From Acidobacteriota bacterium (GTDB lineage Bacteria; Actinomycetota; Acidimicrobiia; Acidimicrobiales; Microtrichaceae): a stretch of 64,000 nucleotides of DNA. Numbering within the stretch: the stretch's first letter is position 1; every line of letters begins with the position of its first letter. The notes below the pieces were generated by a model. It saw only the letters and a program-made list of their open reading frames with translations. It searched no databases and was not told where the DNA came from. Positions 51,725-60,444 of the stretch are shown here, in pieces. The stretch lies in contig QEUP01000016.1 of the NCBI GenBank assembly GCA_003577145.1, positions 964-64,963 on the forward strand, given 5' to 3'. Position numbers and translations under genes: made by a program.

Positions 51725-51767
51725 CTTAGAACCGACTTAGCTCCCGCTCGCCTAAGTCGGATCTAAG
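51725..51767. promoter_or_regulatory. inverted pair of CTTAG-N6-CTTAG direct repeats, candidate bidirectional SARP box
   Basis: CTTAGAACCGACTTAG (51725-40) and CTAAGTCGGATCTAAG (51752-67) match as reverse complements at 15 of 16 positions. The pentamers are spaced 11 bp apart on each strand. The site lies in the divergent promoter region. Confidence 0.45.
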
Positions 51768-51843
51768 CAGCGCCTGTTTCACTCGCTGCGAGCCTGCCGT
51801 GCGCGGCGGCGGGACTGGCACGCGACGAATAAAGGCGGGATCG

Positions 51844-53325
51844 ATGTCGAGAACGAAGGTCATGGCACGGTTTGGAATGGTGGCGGTCGCAGTGACCGCC
51901 CTGGTTCTCTCAGGACTTGTGGCGCCGGTGTCGGCCAAGCACAGGAACCAGACCTCGCTGGTGTCACTCACGCAGCGGGGTGGACAACCCCGCAGCGGCG
52001 TCACCGAGGGCGTCGAGGTGTCAGCCGACGGGCGCTACGTCGCCTTCGAGAGCGAGTCACCGGATCTGGTGTTGACCGACACCAACGGCCTGCGCGACGT
52101 CTTCGTTCGGGACACGGTCTCCAACACCACCACCCAGGTCAGCGTCCCTCACCCGGGTGGCAACTCCAACGGCACCAGCTGGCTCGAGGACATGACGCCC
52201 GACGGGCGCTTCATCGTCTACACGTCCAGCGCTTCCAACATCGATCGCGCAATCCCCGACACAAATGAGGCGTTGGACGTCTTTGTGTACGACACCCGGC
52301 TCCGCAGCACCGCGCGTGCCAGTGCGGCTGTCGTGAACGGCACCGTGATCGAGGGCAACGGCAACAGCCTGGACGGGTCGATCTCCGACGACGGCAGCAG
52401 GGTCGCCTTCACGACCCTTGCCACCAACCTCGCTGCGAACCACCCACCGCAAGGCTTGATCAATCTGCCGCAGGTGGTGGTGAAGGGCTGGGCGGGAGCG
52501 ACGTGGTCGCTGGTCTCGGTAGACGAGACAGCCCGGCCGTTGTTGGCCGGCCACCATCCCGAGATCAGCGGCACCGGGTTCGCCGTGGCCTTCACGGGGA
52601 TCGAGCACACCGGCGAAGGGCCGGCCCGTCACATGGGCCTGCGCGTGAAGTGGGAGACGGTGCCCGGCGTCCCGTCGAGCTCGGGAAGCCAGCTGCTTCA
52701 CCGTTGGTACCCGGCCAACAGCTATGACGATCCCGAGCCCGCCGTCAGTCGCAACGGGCTGACCGTCGTCTTCGTGACCGGTGACCCGCTCGTGTCTGCT
52801 GACGGGAACGGAGGCGCCGACGTCTATGTCGCCTCGGTGTCCTACTGGGGGCTGCGGCAGCCGAGCTTCGAGCTGTTGACCACCCAGGCACAGCCGAGGC
52901 CGGGCTTCGAGGACGAGGGGATCCATCAGCACCCGGTGGTGAGCGCGGACGGGAACAAGGTTGCCTACCGTGCAACCGACGGTTCAGGCGGGTCCCACAT
53001 CTACCGGATCGACAGGACCCAGCCCGGGACGGCACCACAGATCGTCGACGCCGCCTATTCGACCGGCGCACCGGGCAACGGCGACGCGCTGGCGTTCGCC
53101 ATCAGCGCGCAGGGCGATCACGTCGCCTTCAACTCCGTTGCGACCGACCTGGTCTCGGTCGATGCCAACGGCAAGGCCGACACGTTCCTCTGGGATGCAG
53201 TGCATTGCCGCCAAACCGAGCCGACTGAGGGCCTCGTGCCCAGCGAGCCGTGGTGGCTACCCTGCCTGGAGATCAAGATCGACCCCGACTCGGTCGGCGA
53301 TTGGTGGAAGAAGTTCGGCTTCTGA
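51844..53325 (+). CDS. secreted 7-blade PD40/TolB-like beta-propeller protein, paralog B
   Basis: Trimmed to the ATG at 51844. Signal peptide MVAVAVTALVLSGLVAPVSA. Repeats of the type VSADGRYVAFESE..RDVFVRDT and MTPDGRFIVYTSS..LDVFVYDT, seven in total. Confidence 0.75.
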   Translation: MSRTKVMARFGMVAVAVTALVLSGLVAPVSAKHRNQTSLVSLTQRGGQPRSGVTEGVEVSADGRYVAFESESPDLVLTDTNGLRDVFVRDTVSNTTTQVSVPHPGGNSNGTSWLEDMTPDGRFIVYTSSASNIDRAIPDTNEALDVFVYDTRLRSTARASAAVVNGTVIEGNGNSLDGSISDDGSRVAFTTLATNLAANHPPQGLINLPQVVVKGWAGATWSLVSVDETARPLLAGHHPEISGTGFAVAFTGIEHTGEGPARHMGLRVKWETVPGVPSSSGSQLLHRWYPANSYDDPEPAVSRNGLTVVFVTGDPLVSADGNGGADVYVASVSYWGLRQPSFELLTTQAQPRPGFEDEGIHQHPVVSADGNKVAYRATDGSGGSHIYRIDRTQPGTAPQIVDAAYSTGAPGNGDALAFAISAQGDHVAFNSVATDLVSVDANGKADTFLWDAVHCRQTEPTEGLVPSEPWWLPCLEIKIDPDSVGDWWKKFGF

Positions 53326-53341
53326 TCGACGATGTCCCGTG

Positions 53342-53662
53342 TCAGCAGCCGAGGGCGTAGCTGATCGCCGTGCAGACGATGCCCATGGTCTCGTCGCTCA
53401 CCTCTCCGACGGGCCCGGTGAGCGACCCCTGGGTGACGGTGTGGATGCCGTCGCAGTTGATGACCGAAGGTCGGTCGAGGCCGGCCTTGGCGTGATCGAT
53501 CTCGACCTCTGCGGCGAGACCACGAATCGAAGTGGTGATCTCGGCGACTGTAACGAGATCGCGCGCATCGAGAACCTCGGACCGTGTCAACACCAGGACT
53601 GGTCTTTGCTTGCGAGCGACCTGGGCCAACCAGAGCTCGCCTCGCCTCACTCCTGACCCCAC
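53342..53662 (-). CDS. mazF: type II toxin, PemK/MazF family endoribonuclease
   Basis: 106 aa. RRGELWLAQV....RPVLVLT..........VTVAEITTS.RG...EV is the MazF/PemK SH3-like pattern. It overlaps the upstream antitoxin gene by 16 nt. Confidence 0.8.
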   Translation of the reverse strand: MGSGVRRGELWLAQVARKQRPVLVLTRSEVLDARDLVTVAEITTSIRGLAAEVEIDHAKAGLDRPSVINCDGIHTVTQGSLTGPVGEVSDETMGIVCTAISYALGC

Positions 53663-53856
53663 GCTTCGGCTTCGGACCAGAACGAGTCGGGACGTTCCGG
53701 ATGGCGTCGGTAGGCATGACTGTCCGAGCGGGCCAATGCAGCACGTACGGCGTCGGCAACTCCCTGACGGGCAGCCTCTGAGATGTTGATCCCGAGCTCG
53801 CGGGCACGCTCGAGCAGGTTGTCGTCAAGCGTGAACGTTGTACGAGTTGAAGCCAT
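53647..53856 (-). CDS. type II antitoxin (VapB/DUF2191-like N-terminus)
   Basis: 69 aa. RTTFTLDDNLLERARELGINISEAARQGV resembles the T.DIDD.LL..A..L antitoxin pattern. Its position is immediately 5' of mazF. Confidence 0.7.
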   Translation of the reverse strand: MASTRTTFTLDDNLLERARELGINISEAARQGVADAVRAALARSDSHAYRRHPERPDSFWSEAEAWGQE

Positions 53857-53864
53857 ACACGCAT

Positions 53865-53883
53865 GCTATCAGTATGTGATAGC
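53865..53883. promoter_or_regulatory. perfect palindrome GCTATCA-N5-TGATAGC, candidate TA operator
   Basis: It lies 9 nt upstream of the antitoxin ATG, in the most AT-rich patch of this neighbourhood. Confidence 0.5.
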
Positions 53884-53985
53884 TCAACTTTATGTCAGCC
53901 CGTGACGTTCCTCGGGTCCTCACCGTGAACGACCACGGCTGACTGCTAGCGTCGCCCTTCCTTCCCGACACCGGAGGTGTTCACG

Positions 53986-54669
53986 ATGGCTGGCGAAACC
54001 GATCTCTGCCGGCTCGCGACGGGCCGAGGCAGGCGCGTCGCCAGCAGGTTCGTTTGTGTCCTGGCTGCGCTGGGACTGCTCGTGTCGTGCTCTGACGACG
54101 ACGCTGACACCGTTCAGAGCACGACGTCCGAGTCGACGACTTCCTCGAGCGAGCCAGGAACCGAGACAGATCTCGAAACGCTCGATGTGTCAGCGACAGC
54201 CGACGCCGAAGGCGACTGGGTCGTCTTCGAGCAGTCGGAGTACGTGGATACGTCGATCGAGGTGCCCGCCGACTGGGAAACCGACTCCTACGGGTTGGCC
54301 GACAACGACGAAGTGGTCGGTCTCCAACTGGAGGCCTCCGCTGATCTCGACGCCGAGTCCGAGTACGAGGTTCCCAGCGTCGACCTTCGCGTATGGGGCC
54401 CGCTCGACGGGGAGGACGTCGACACCGTCGCCGCGCTCGACGAGCAAGCCAGCAATGAGGACTGCACCTATGAAGGTCGCGGTGAGATCACCGGCGAGAA
54501 CCTCTCAGGCCACTACGACCTCTACAGCGCCTGCGCTGGTGGCGAGGCCTCCTTCAGGGAGGGAGTCGTGCAGGTTGGCGAGTACGAAGTCGAACTGGAA
54601 GCCGTCATCACCGATTCGGTGGCTGAAACCGCGGTGATGCACGCGCTCGCCACCCTGGAGATCGGCTAG
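53986..54669 (+). CDS. acidic lipoprotein, hypothetical
   Basis: ATG at 53986 with GGAGG 8 nt upstream. Lipobox LLVSC and a Ser/Thr/Glu-rich linker. I recognise no family. Confidence 0.6.
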   Translation: MAGETDLCRLATGRGRRVASRFVCVLAALGLLVSCSDDDADTVQSTTSESTTSSSEPGTETDLETLDVSATADAEGDWVVFEQSEYVDTSIEVPADWETDSYGLADNDEVVGLQLEASADLDAESEYEVPSVDLRVWGPLDGEDVDTVAALDEQASNEDCTYEGRGEITGENLSGHYDLYSACAGGEASFREGVVQVGEYEVELEAVITDSVAETAVMHALATLEIG

Positions 54670-54745
54670 GCACAACAGACGGCGTCGAGGCCCGGACCGG
54701 GAGGAGCCTGGCAGGCTGGTGCTGGGGAAGCGCCCCCGACAAACG

Positions 54746-54817
54746 CGCCCCTGACAGGACTCGAACCTGTGCACACGGCTCCGGAGGCCGCTGCTCTATC
54801 CGCTGAGCTACAGGGGC
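54746..54817 (-). tRNA. tRNA-Arg (anticodon CCG)
   Basis: The minus strand GCCCCTGTAGCTCAGCGGATAGAGCAGCGGCCTCCGGAGCCGTGTGCACAGGTTCGAGTCCTGTCAGGGGCG folds as a cloverleaf. Acceptor GCCCCTG/CAGGGGC, D-arm GCTC/GAGC, anticodon stem GCGGC/GCCGT with loop CTCCGGA, and T-arm ACAGG-TTCGAGT-CCTGT. No CCA is encoded. Confidence 0.9.
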
Positions 54818-54996
54818 TGAGGTATCGATGCTACTGCGGTTGCCGTGCCGTGATGGGTGCCCTGCCTGCGCCGCAACGCTCTCGGGAACTAGGCGCTTGC
54901 GGGGCGAGCATCGACAACTTGTTGGCTATGTGGCGAGCGCCGCCGGTGGGGGTGGGGTCCCCGCCGGCCGATGGGGGAGCTCGGCCGAAGGCCGTG

Positions 54997-55019
54997 CCTC
55001 GGGGGCGCAGCCCCCGAGG
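54997..55019 (-). terminator. GC-rich stem-loop after metY
   Basis: CCTCGGGGGC-gca-GCCCCCGAGG is a perfect 10-bp stem, 10 nt downstream of the metY stop. Confidence 0.5.
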
Positions 55020-55028
55020 GGGCTGGCG

Positions 55029-56348
55029 CTAGCCCTTTGCTGCCTCGAAACCCCGTTCCAGGTCGGCGAGGATGTCGTCGATCGTCTCGAGGCCGACCGA
55101 GAGGCGCACAAGGCCAGGTTCGACGCCGGTGGCCGCCTGTTCATCGGGCGCGAGCTGGGAGTGGGTGGTCGATGCGGGATGGATCACCAGGCTGCGCACG
55201 TCGCCGAGGTTGGCTACGTGGCTATGGAGCGTCAGCGCCTCGACGAAGCGCTTGCCGGCCTCGAGGCCCCCTTCGATGACGAACGCCGGCACCGACCCGT
55301 AGCCCTTGCCGCCGGTGAGCCGGTTGGCCAGGTGGTGCCACTGCGATGAGCCGAGCCCGGCGTAGGCGACGGACTCGACCTGGTCGTGGGAGGCGAGGAA
55401 CTCCGCTACCCGGTCGGCGTTCTCGAAGTGGCGCTCCATTCGCAGGCTCAGCGTCTCCAGGCCCTGCAGCAGCAGGAACGAGGTGAACGGGCTGATGGCA
55501 GGGCCGAGGTCGCGCAGGAGCTGCACTCTGGCCTTGATGATGTAGGAGCCGGGGCCGAGGGCGTCCCAGTAGGTGAGGCCGTGGTAGCTGGGATCGGGCT
55601 CGGTGAACATGGGATGACGGCCTGACGCCGAGAAGTCGAAGCTGCCGCCGTCGACGATCACACCGGCGATCGCGGTGCCGTGCCCGCCGATGAACTTGGT
55701 GGCCGAGTGCACGACTATGTCCGCACCGTGCTCGATCGGCCGGAGCAGATACGGCGTGGCGACGGTGTTGTCGATGATCAACGGCACGCCGATCTCGTGA
55801 CCGACGTCGGCTACAGCCTGGATGTCCAGGAAGTTGTTGCGGGGGTTCCCGATCGACTCGGCGTAGAACGCCTTGGTGTTGGGTTGGGTCGCTGACCGCC
55901 ACTCGTCGAGGTCGTCGGGATCGTCGACGAAGGAGACGTCGATACCCATCTTGGGAAGCGTGTAGTGGAACAGGTTGTATGTTCCGCCGTAGAGCGACGC
56001 CGACGAGACGATGTGATCGCCGGCGTGGGCGAGGTTGAGGATGGCCAGCGTCTCAGCGGACTGACCGGATGCCAAGGCCAGGGCGCCGGGTATGCCGATT
56101 GCCGTCTCGCACCCGCTCTCGAGGCTGGCGAGGCGGGCTTCGACGACCGCTTGGGTCGGGTTCATGATCCGGGTGTAGATGTTGCCCACTTCGCTGAGGG
56201 AGAACAGGCCCGCCGCGTGATCGGTGTCGCGGAACTGGTAGGCGGTCGTCTGGTAGATCGGCACCGCGCGGGCCCCGGTTGCCGTGTCGGCCTCCTGGCC
56301 GGCATGGATCTGACGGGTCTCGAAGCCCCAGCTGCTGGCATCGGTCAC
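55029..56348 (-). CDS. metY: O-acetylhomoserine aminocarboxypropyltransferase / sulfhydrylase
   Basis: The ORF 55029..57155 was trimmed to the GTG at 56348 (AGGAGAG RBS). [20 protein letters not shown], and [12 protein letters not shown] (PLP-Lys). Confidence 0.9.
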   Translation of the reverse strand: MTDASSWGFETRQIHAGQEADTATGARAVPIYQTTAYQFRDTDHAAGLFSLSEVGNIYTRIMNPTQAVVEARLASLESGCETAIGIPGALALASGQSAETLAILNLAHAGDHIVSSASLYGGTYNLFHYTLPKMGIDVSFVDDPDDLDEWRSATQPNTKAFYAESIGNPRNNFLDIQAVADVGHEIGVPLIIDNTVATPYLLRPIEHGADIVVHSATKFIGGHGTAIAGVIVDGGSFDFSASGRHPMFTEPDPSYHGLTYWDALGPGSYIIKARVQLLRDLGPAISPFTSFLLLQGLETLSLRMERHFENADRVAEFLASHDQVESVAYAGLGSSQWHHLANRLTGGKGYGSVPAFVIEGGLEAGKRFVEALTLHSHVANLGDVRSLVIHPASTTHSQLAPDEQAATGVEPGLVRLSVGLETIDDILADLERGFEAAKG

Positions 56349-56480
56349 GGTTCTCTCCTGGTGGACGGGTCGATGGGCCCGATGAGTCTGGCAGGGAGCG
56401 CGCCCTGATCTCGAACCCGAGCTCGCCGGGTCCTCCGGGGGACCAAGCGGGCGCAATGCATTCCTCCGCGAATTGGTGTC

Positions 56481-58130
56481 GTGGTTACCATGCTCACGAC
56501 CCCCGAAACCAAAGAGGCTGCTTTGATTCGTGATGCGCTGACCCAGGCGCTGCGGGAGACCCTCGTCACCCTCGGGGTCGACCCGCTGCCGGAGTCGATC
56601 GCCCTCGAGCGTCCGGCGCGGCGCGAGCACGGCGACTGGTCCAGCAACGTCGCCCTCGCGACGGCCAAGGCCGCCGGACGCAAACCGCGGGAGCTCGCCG
56701 GCGAGATCGCCGAGCAGTTGAACGACCGCTTGCCGCTTCACGTGCAGCGTGTCGAGGTCGCCGGGCCCGGCTTCGTCAACTTCTTGCTGGACGACACGTG
56801 GCTGCACGGCGTGCTGGGCGATGTCGTCGAGCAGGGAGTCGAGGCCTACGCGAGATCCGAGCTCGGAGCAGGCAGGCGGGTCCTCGTCGAGTTCGTGAGC
56901 GCCAACCCGACCGGGCCGGTTCACGCCGGCCATGGCCGCGGGGCCGCCTACGGCGACTCGCTTGCGCGGATACTGGAGCGAATCGGCCACGACGTGAGAC
57001 GGGAGTTCTACATCAACGACCGCGGGGTGCAGATGGCGAGCTTCGCCGCCTCGCTCACAGCCCGCAAGCACGGTGTTTCCCCACCCGAGGACGGCTACCA
57101 CGGCGACTACATCACGGAGTGGGCAGCGGAGATGCCCGACGACGCCGATCCCCACATCTGGGGCGAGGAGCGGGCGCTGTCGGAGCAGCGCGAAACGCTC
57201 GCGCGGATGAACGTGCGCTTCGACAACTGGTTCAGCGAGCAGTCGATGGTCGACTCAGGTGCCATCGACACGACGCTGGCCGACCTCCGCGAGCGAGGTG
57301 TGGTCTACGAGGGCAACGGCGCGGTGTGGTTGCGCAGCACCGCCTTCGGTGATGACAAGGACCGGGTCCTGGTCAAGACCAACGGAGAGCCGACCTACCT
57401 GCTCCCAGACATCGCCTACCACCGCGACAAGTTCGCGCGCGGCTTCGACCTGCTCATCGACGTCTGGGGCGCCGACCACCACGGCTACGTCGCGCGCATG
57501 AAGGCGGCGGTCCAGGCGCTGGGCCACGACCCCGACGAACTCGAGTTGGTGATCACCCAGCTCGTGAACCTGGTCAAGGGTGGCGAGCCGGTCAGGCTGT
57601 CCAAGCGAACCGGCGACATCATCGAGCTCCGGGAGGTGCTCGACGAGGTCGGCCCCGACCCGGCGCGCCTGACCTACCTGTTGCAGTCCGTCGACAGCCA
57701 GCAGACCTTCGACATGGACGTCGTGGTCAGCGAGTCGATGGAGAACCCGGTGTACTACGTGCAGATGGCCCACGCCCGGATCCGCTCGATCGAGCGCGTG
57801 GCCGCCGAGCGCGAGGTCGAGCGGGTTCCCTGGGGCGATGTCGATCTCTCGCCGCTGAGCGACGAGCGGGAGCTGGAGATCCTCCGGCAGCTCGAGGTGC
57901 TCCCCGAGACGCTACTGGTGGCCGCCAGTGAGCGGGCTCCGCACAAGATCACCAGCTGGGTGCGCGAGCTCGCCGGTGCCGTGCACCGCTTCTACCACGA
58001 CTGCCCGATACTGCGAAGCGATATCGCCGAGGACCTGCGCCAAGCCCGGCTGTGGCTGGTGGAGGCGGCGCGCATCGGGCTGCGCATAGGACTCGACCTG
58101 CTGGGCCTACACGCCCCGGAGTCGATGTGA
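56481..58130 (+). CDS. argS: arginine--tRNA ligase
   Basis: EFVSANPTGPVHAGHGRGAAYGD is the HIGH-type motif. DKDRVLVKTNGEPTYLLPDIAYH and the DALR-type C-terminus are present. An ATG at 56490 is an alternative start. Confidence 0.9.
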   Translation: MVTMLTTPETKEAALIRDALTQALRETLVTLGVDPLPESIALERPARREHGDWSSNVALATAKAAGRKPRELAGEIAEQLNDRLPLHVQRVEVAGPGFVNFLLDDTWLHGVLGDVVEQGVEAYARSELGAGRRVLVEFVSANPTGPVHAGHGRGAAYGDSLARILERIGHDVRREFYINDRGVQMASFAASLTARKHGVSPPEDGYHGDYITEWAAEMPDDADPHIWGEERALSEQRETLARMNVRFDNWFSEQSMVDSGAIDTTLADLRERGVVYEGNGAVWLRSTAFGDDKDRVLVKTNGEPTYLLPDIAYHRDKFARGFDLLIDVWGADHHGYVARMKAAVQALGHDPDELELVITQLVNLVKGGEPVRLSKRTGDIIELREVLDEVGPDPARLTYLLQSVDSQQTFDMDVVVSESMENPVYYVQMAHARIRSIERVAAEREVERVPWGDVDLSPLSDERELEILRQLEVLPETLLVAASERAPHKITSWVRELAGAVHRFYHDCPILRSDIAEDLRQARLWLVEAARIGLRIGLDLLGLHAPESM

Positions 58131-58200
58131 GCCCGATCCGGGACGGCGGAGACGCGCTGAGGGTGACCGAGCGTTCCGAGAACAGGGGAGAGGAGATCGG

Positions 58201-59469
58201 GTGAGCGCGCTGCCGCTGTCGCTGCTGCCCGACAACGCCACCGTGGGCGCAGACGGGCACCTCCACCTGGCCGGGGTGGACACCCTGGAGCTGGCTGCCG
58301 AGTTCGGAACGCCCCTGTTCGTCTACGACGAGGATCACCTGCGGGCGCGCTGTCGTGAGGCGTTGGAGGTCTTCGGTGACGGCGTCGCCTACGCCGCCAA
58401 GGCCTTCCTGTGCAAAGCAATGGCCGCGTTGGCGCACGACGAGGGCATGTGGCTCGACGTGTCCACCGGCGGTGAGTACCACGTGGCCCGAGCCGCCGGG
58501 GTTCCAGCCGACCGTCTCGTGTTGCACGGCAACAACAAGTCCGACGACGAGTTGAGGATGGCGCTCGAAGAGGGCGTGGGTCGCGTGGTCGTGGACTCCT
58601 TCGACGAGTTCGACCGCCTCGACGCACTGCACGAGGAGGGCCTGCCCTCGGCGCCGGCGCTGGTGCGGGTGACGCCTGGGGTGGAGGCCCACACCCACGA
58701 GTTCATCCGCACCGGCCAGGACGACTCCAAGTTCGGCTTCGGGCTCTCCAGCGGTGCAGCGGCCGAGGCCGTGGCGCGGGCTCGTGCGTGCAGCGCGGTC
58801 GACCTGCGGGGTCTGCACACCCACATCGGCAGTCAGATCTTCCTGGCGGAGTCCTTCACCAGGGCCCTGGACGTGCTGGTCCCGTTCTTCAACCAGCTCG
58901 ACCTGCCGGAGCTGTCCGTAGGCGGCGGCCTCGGAGTCGCCTACGTCGAGGGAGAGACTGCCCCGACGATCACCGAGTGGGGCGACACCCTGCTGCAGGC
59001 GTGCCAGAAGGCGGGGATCGCCGCGAGGGTCACCGCCGAGCCGGGCCGCGCGATCGCCGCAGGGGCGGGCATCACCATCTACACCGTCGGCACCATCAAG
59101 GAGATCCCCGGGGTGCGGACCTACGTGTCAGTCGATGGAGGCATGAGCGACAACCCGCGCCCGGTCCTCTACGGCAGTGGCTACGAGACCTTCCTGCCCC
59201 GCGCGGTGCAGGCCCCGCGCACCCGGCGCATCACCGTCGTCGGCAAGCACTGCGAGTCCGGCGACCGGCTGGTGACCGACGGCCGCGTTCCCGATGACTT
59301 GCGCGTAGGCGACCTCCTCTGCACCCCGGTGACCGGCGCCTACGGCCACTCCATGGGCAGCAACTACAACAAGGTGAGGCGGCCCGCCGTCGTGTTCGTC
59401 AGGGACGGCTCGGCGCGTGTGGTGGTGCGCCGGGAGACCTACCAGGACCTGTTGCGCCAGGACCTTTGA
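58201..59469 (+). CDS. lysA: diaminopimelate decarboxylase
   Basis: VAYAAKAFLC is the PLP-Lys context, with HIGSQI, GGGLGV and GKHCESGD. It lies directly after argS, as in mycobacteria. Confidence 0.9.
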   Translation: MSALPLSLLPDNATVGADGHLHLAGVDTLELAAEFGTPLFVYDEDHLRARCREALEVFGDGVAYAAKAFLCKAMAALAHDEGMWLDVSTGGEYHVARAAGVPADRLVLHGNNKSDDELRMALEEGVGRVVVDSFDEFDRLDALHEEGLPSAPALVRVTPGVEAHTHEFIRTGQDDSKFGFGLSSGAAAEAVARARACSAVDLRGLHTHIGSQIFLAESFTRALDVLVPFFNQLDLPELSVGGGLGVAYVEGETAPTITEWGDTLLQACQKAGIAARVTAEPGRAIAAGAGITIYTVGTIKEIPGVRTYVSVDGGMSDNPRPVLYGSGYETFLPRAVQAPRTRRITVVGKHCESGDRLVTDGRVPDDLRVGDLLCTPVTGAYGHSMGSNYNKVRRPAVVFVRDGSARVVVRRETYQDLLRQDL

Positions 59470-59498
59470 GCGGGTACACACCGCGCGCCTCCCCCTCC

Positions 59499-59549
59499 CC
59501 TTCTTGGCAGCGTTTTCAGCGCATAGAGGGGGTATTGCTGCCAAGAAGG
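59499..59549 (+). repeat. family-A intergenic hairpin element, copy 3
   Basis: CCTTCTTGGCAGC-GTTTTCAGCGCATAGAGGGGGTATT-GCTGCCAAGAAGG. C-rich and G-rich flanks (59488-98 and 59550-59) extend the stem imperfectly. It lies between convergent stops at 59469 and 59563. Confidence 0.85.
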
Positions 59550-59562
59550 AGAAGGGGGGCGG

Positions 59563-60444
59563 TCAGGCCGCCATCAGCAGGTAGAGGGCCACGATCACCA
59601 CGACGATCGCCAGGGCCACCCCGCCCAGCAGTGGTACGCGGTCGTCGTGGGAGGAGGAGAGCTCAGGCGGCGGCGCGGTCCGGGGACGGGGGCCGAACTC
59701 GACGGTGCTGTCCCGCTCGGCGGCGACAACCTGCGAGAGCGCCCGGCACATGCCGGCCGCCGACGGGCGCGCCGCCGGGTCGGGGTCGGTCCCCGACTCG
59801 AGGATGCTGCGCAGCTCCGGCGACCCGGCGTCGTCATCTGCCAGCGCGGCCAGGCACACCGCCGCCAGCGAGAACACGTCGGCGGGCGCGGTGCCGGCGT
59901 CACCGGCGCGGACCTCGGGCGCGGCGAAGCGACGCGTCCCCTCGACAGTGAGAGGAGGAGTCACCCAGGGCGCGCTGGCCGAGCCGAGGTCGCACAGGAC
60001 CGGCGAGCCGTCGGCGTCCAGCAGCACGTTGGCGGGTGAGATGTCGTGGTGCACCACGCCCTCGGAATGCAGATGAGCGAGGGCGGCGGCGGCGGTATGA
60101 CCGAGACGCGCGACCGCTGAGGCGCTGAGGCGGCGGTCCCCGGCCAGGGCATCAGCGAGCGAGCCACCCGGGCACAGCCCGACGACCATGCCGGGGCCGT
60201 GGTCGAACTCGACCAGCTCGTGGAACCGCAGGATGTTTGGGTGGTCGAGGAAGGCGAGCAGCGACGCCTCCCGCCGGAGCCGGTTGTGGAACCGGGGATC
60301 GGATGCGAACTTGATCGCCACCCCGGAGCCGTCAGGGCCCGACGCCCGGCACACCACGCTGGTGGCGCCATGACCCACCGCCTCGTGGACCGACCACCTC
60401 GTCCCGGCCACGAGCGAGCCCTCGTGCCCACTGGTCCCGGTCAT
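59563..60444 (-). CDS. tail-anchored Ser/Thr protein kinase (kinase domain + C-terminal TM, no ectodomain)
   Basis: GHGATSVV is Gly-loop-like, with VAIKF, HHDISPANVLL, CDLGSA and GTRRFAAPE. The C-terminus is VPLLGGVALAIVVVIVALYLLMAA, followed by the stop. Its ATG overlaps the stop of the upstream gene (ATGA). Confidence 0.8.
   Translation of the reverse strand: MTGTSGHEGSLVAGTRWSVHEAVGHGATSVVCRASGPDGSGVAIKFASDPRFHNRLRREASLLAFLDHPNILRFHELVEFDHGPGMVVGLCPGGSLADALAGDRRLSASAVARLGHTAAAALAHLHSEGVVHHDISPANVLLDADGSPVLCDLGSASAPWVTPPLTVEGTRRFAAPEVRAGDAGTAPADVFSLAAVCLAALADDDAGSPELRSILESGTDPDPAARPSAAGMCRALSQVVAAERDSTVEFGPRPRTAPPPELSSSHDDRVPLLGGVALAIVVVIVALYLLMAA

Noticed and set aside
46968-54817. Genomic island integrated at tRNA-Arg (STAND-SARP regulator, propellers, MazF module, acidic lipoprotein)
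   Set aside because: The gene content looks accessory and abuts the 3' end of the tRNA. But I saw no integrase, recombinase or transposase, no direct repeat of the tRNA 3' end, and no obvious GC shift apart from short promoter patches. It needs comparison with related genomes to decide.
54769-55032. ORF 54769..55032 (+, 87 aa)
   Set aside because: It overlaps the tRNA-Arg gene and the metY terminator hairpin. Its composition is Arg/Gly/Pro-rich. It is not a plausible gene.
56405-56440. tRNA-like GGTTCGAG motif on the minus strand
   Set aside because: There are no complementary T-stem, acceptor or anticodon arms around it, so this is a chance match.
56349-56480. Possible SAM-type riboswitch in the leader of metY (divergent region with argS)
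   Set aside because: Actinobacterial metY genes often carry SAM-IV, SAM-I or SAM-VI elements, and the leader contains GCAUUGCGCCCGC and a GGUCC..GGACC hairpin. I could not find the diagnostic cores, for example GCAACC plus the paired AUGA helix of SAM-I/IV. Decisive test: cmscan with the Rfam SAM riboswitch models on the minus strand of 56349-56480. A hit above the gathering threshold would overturn this rejection.
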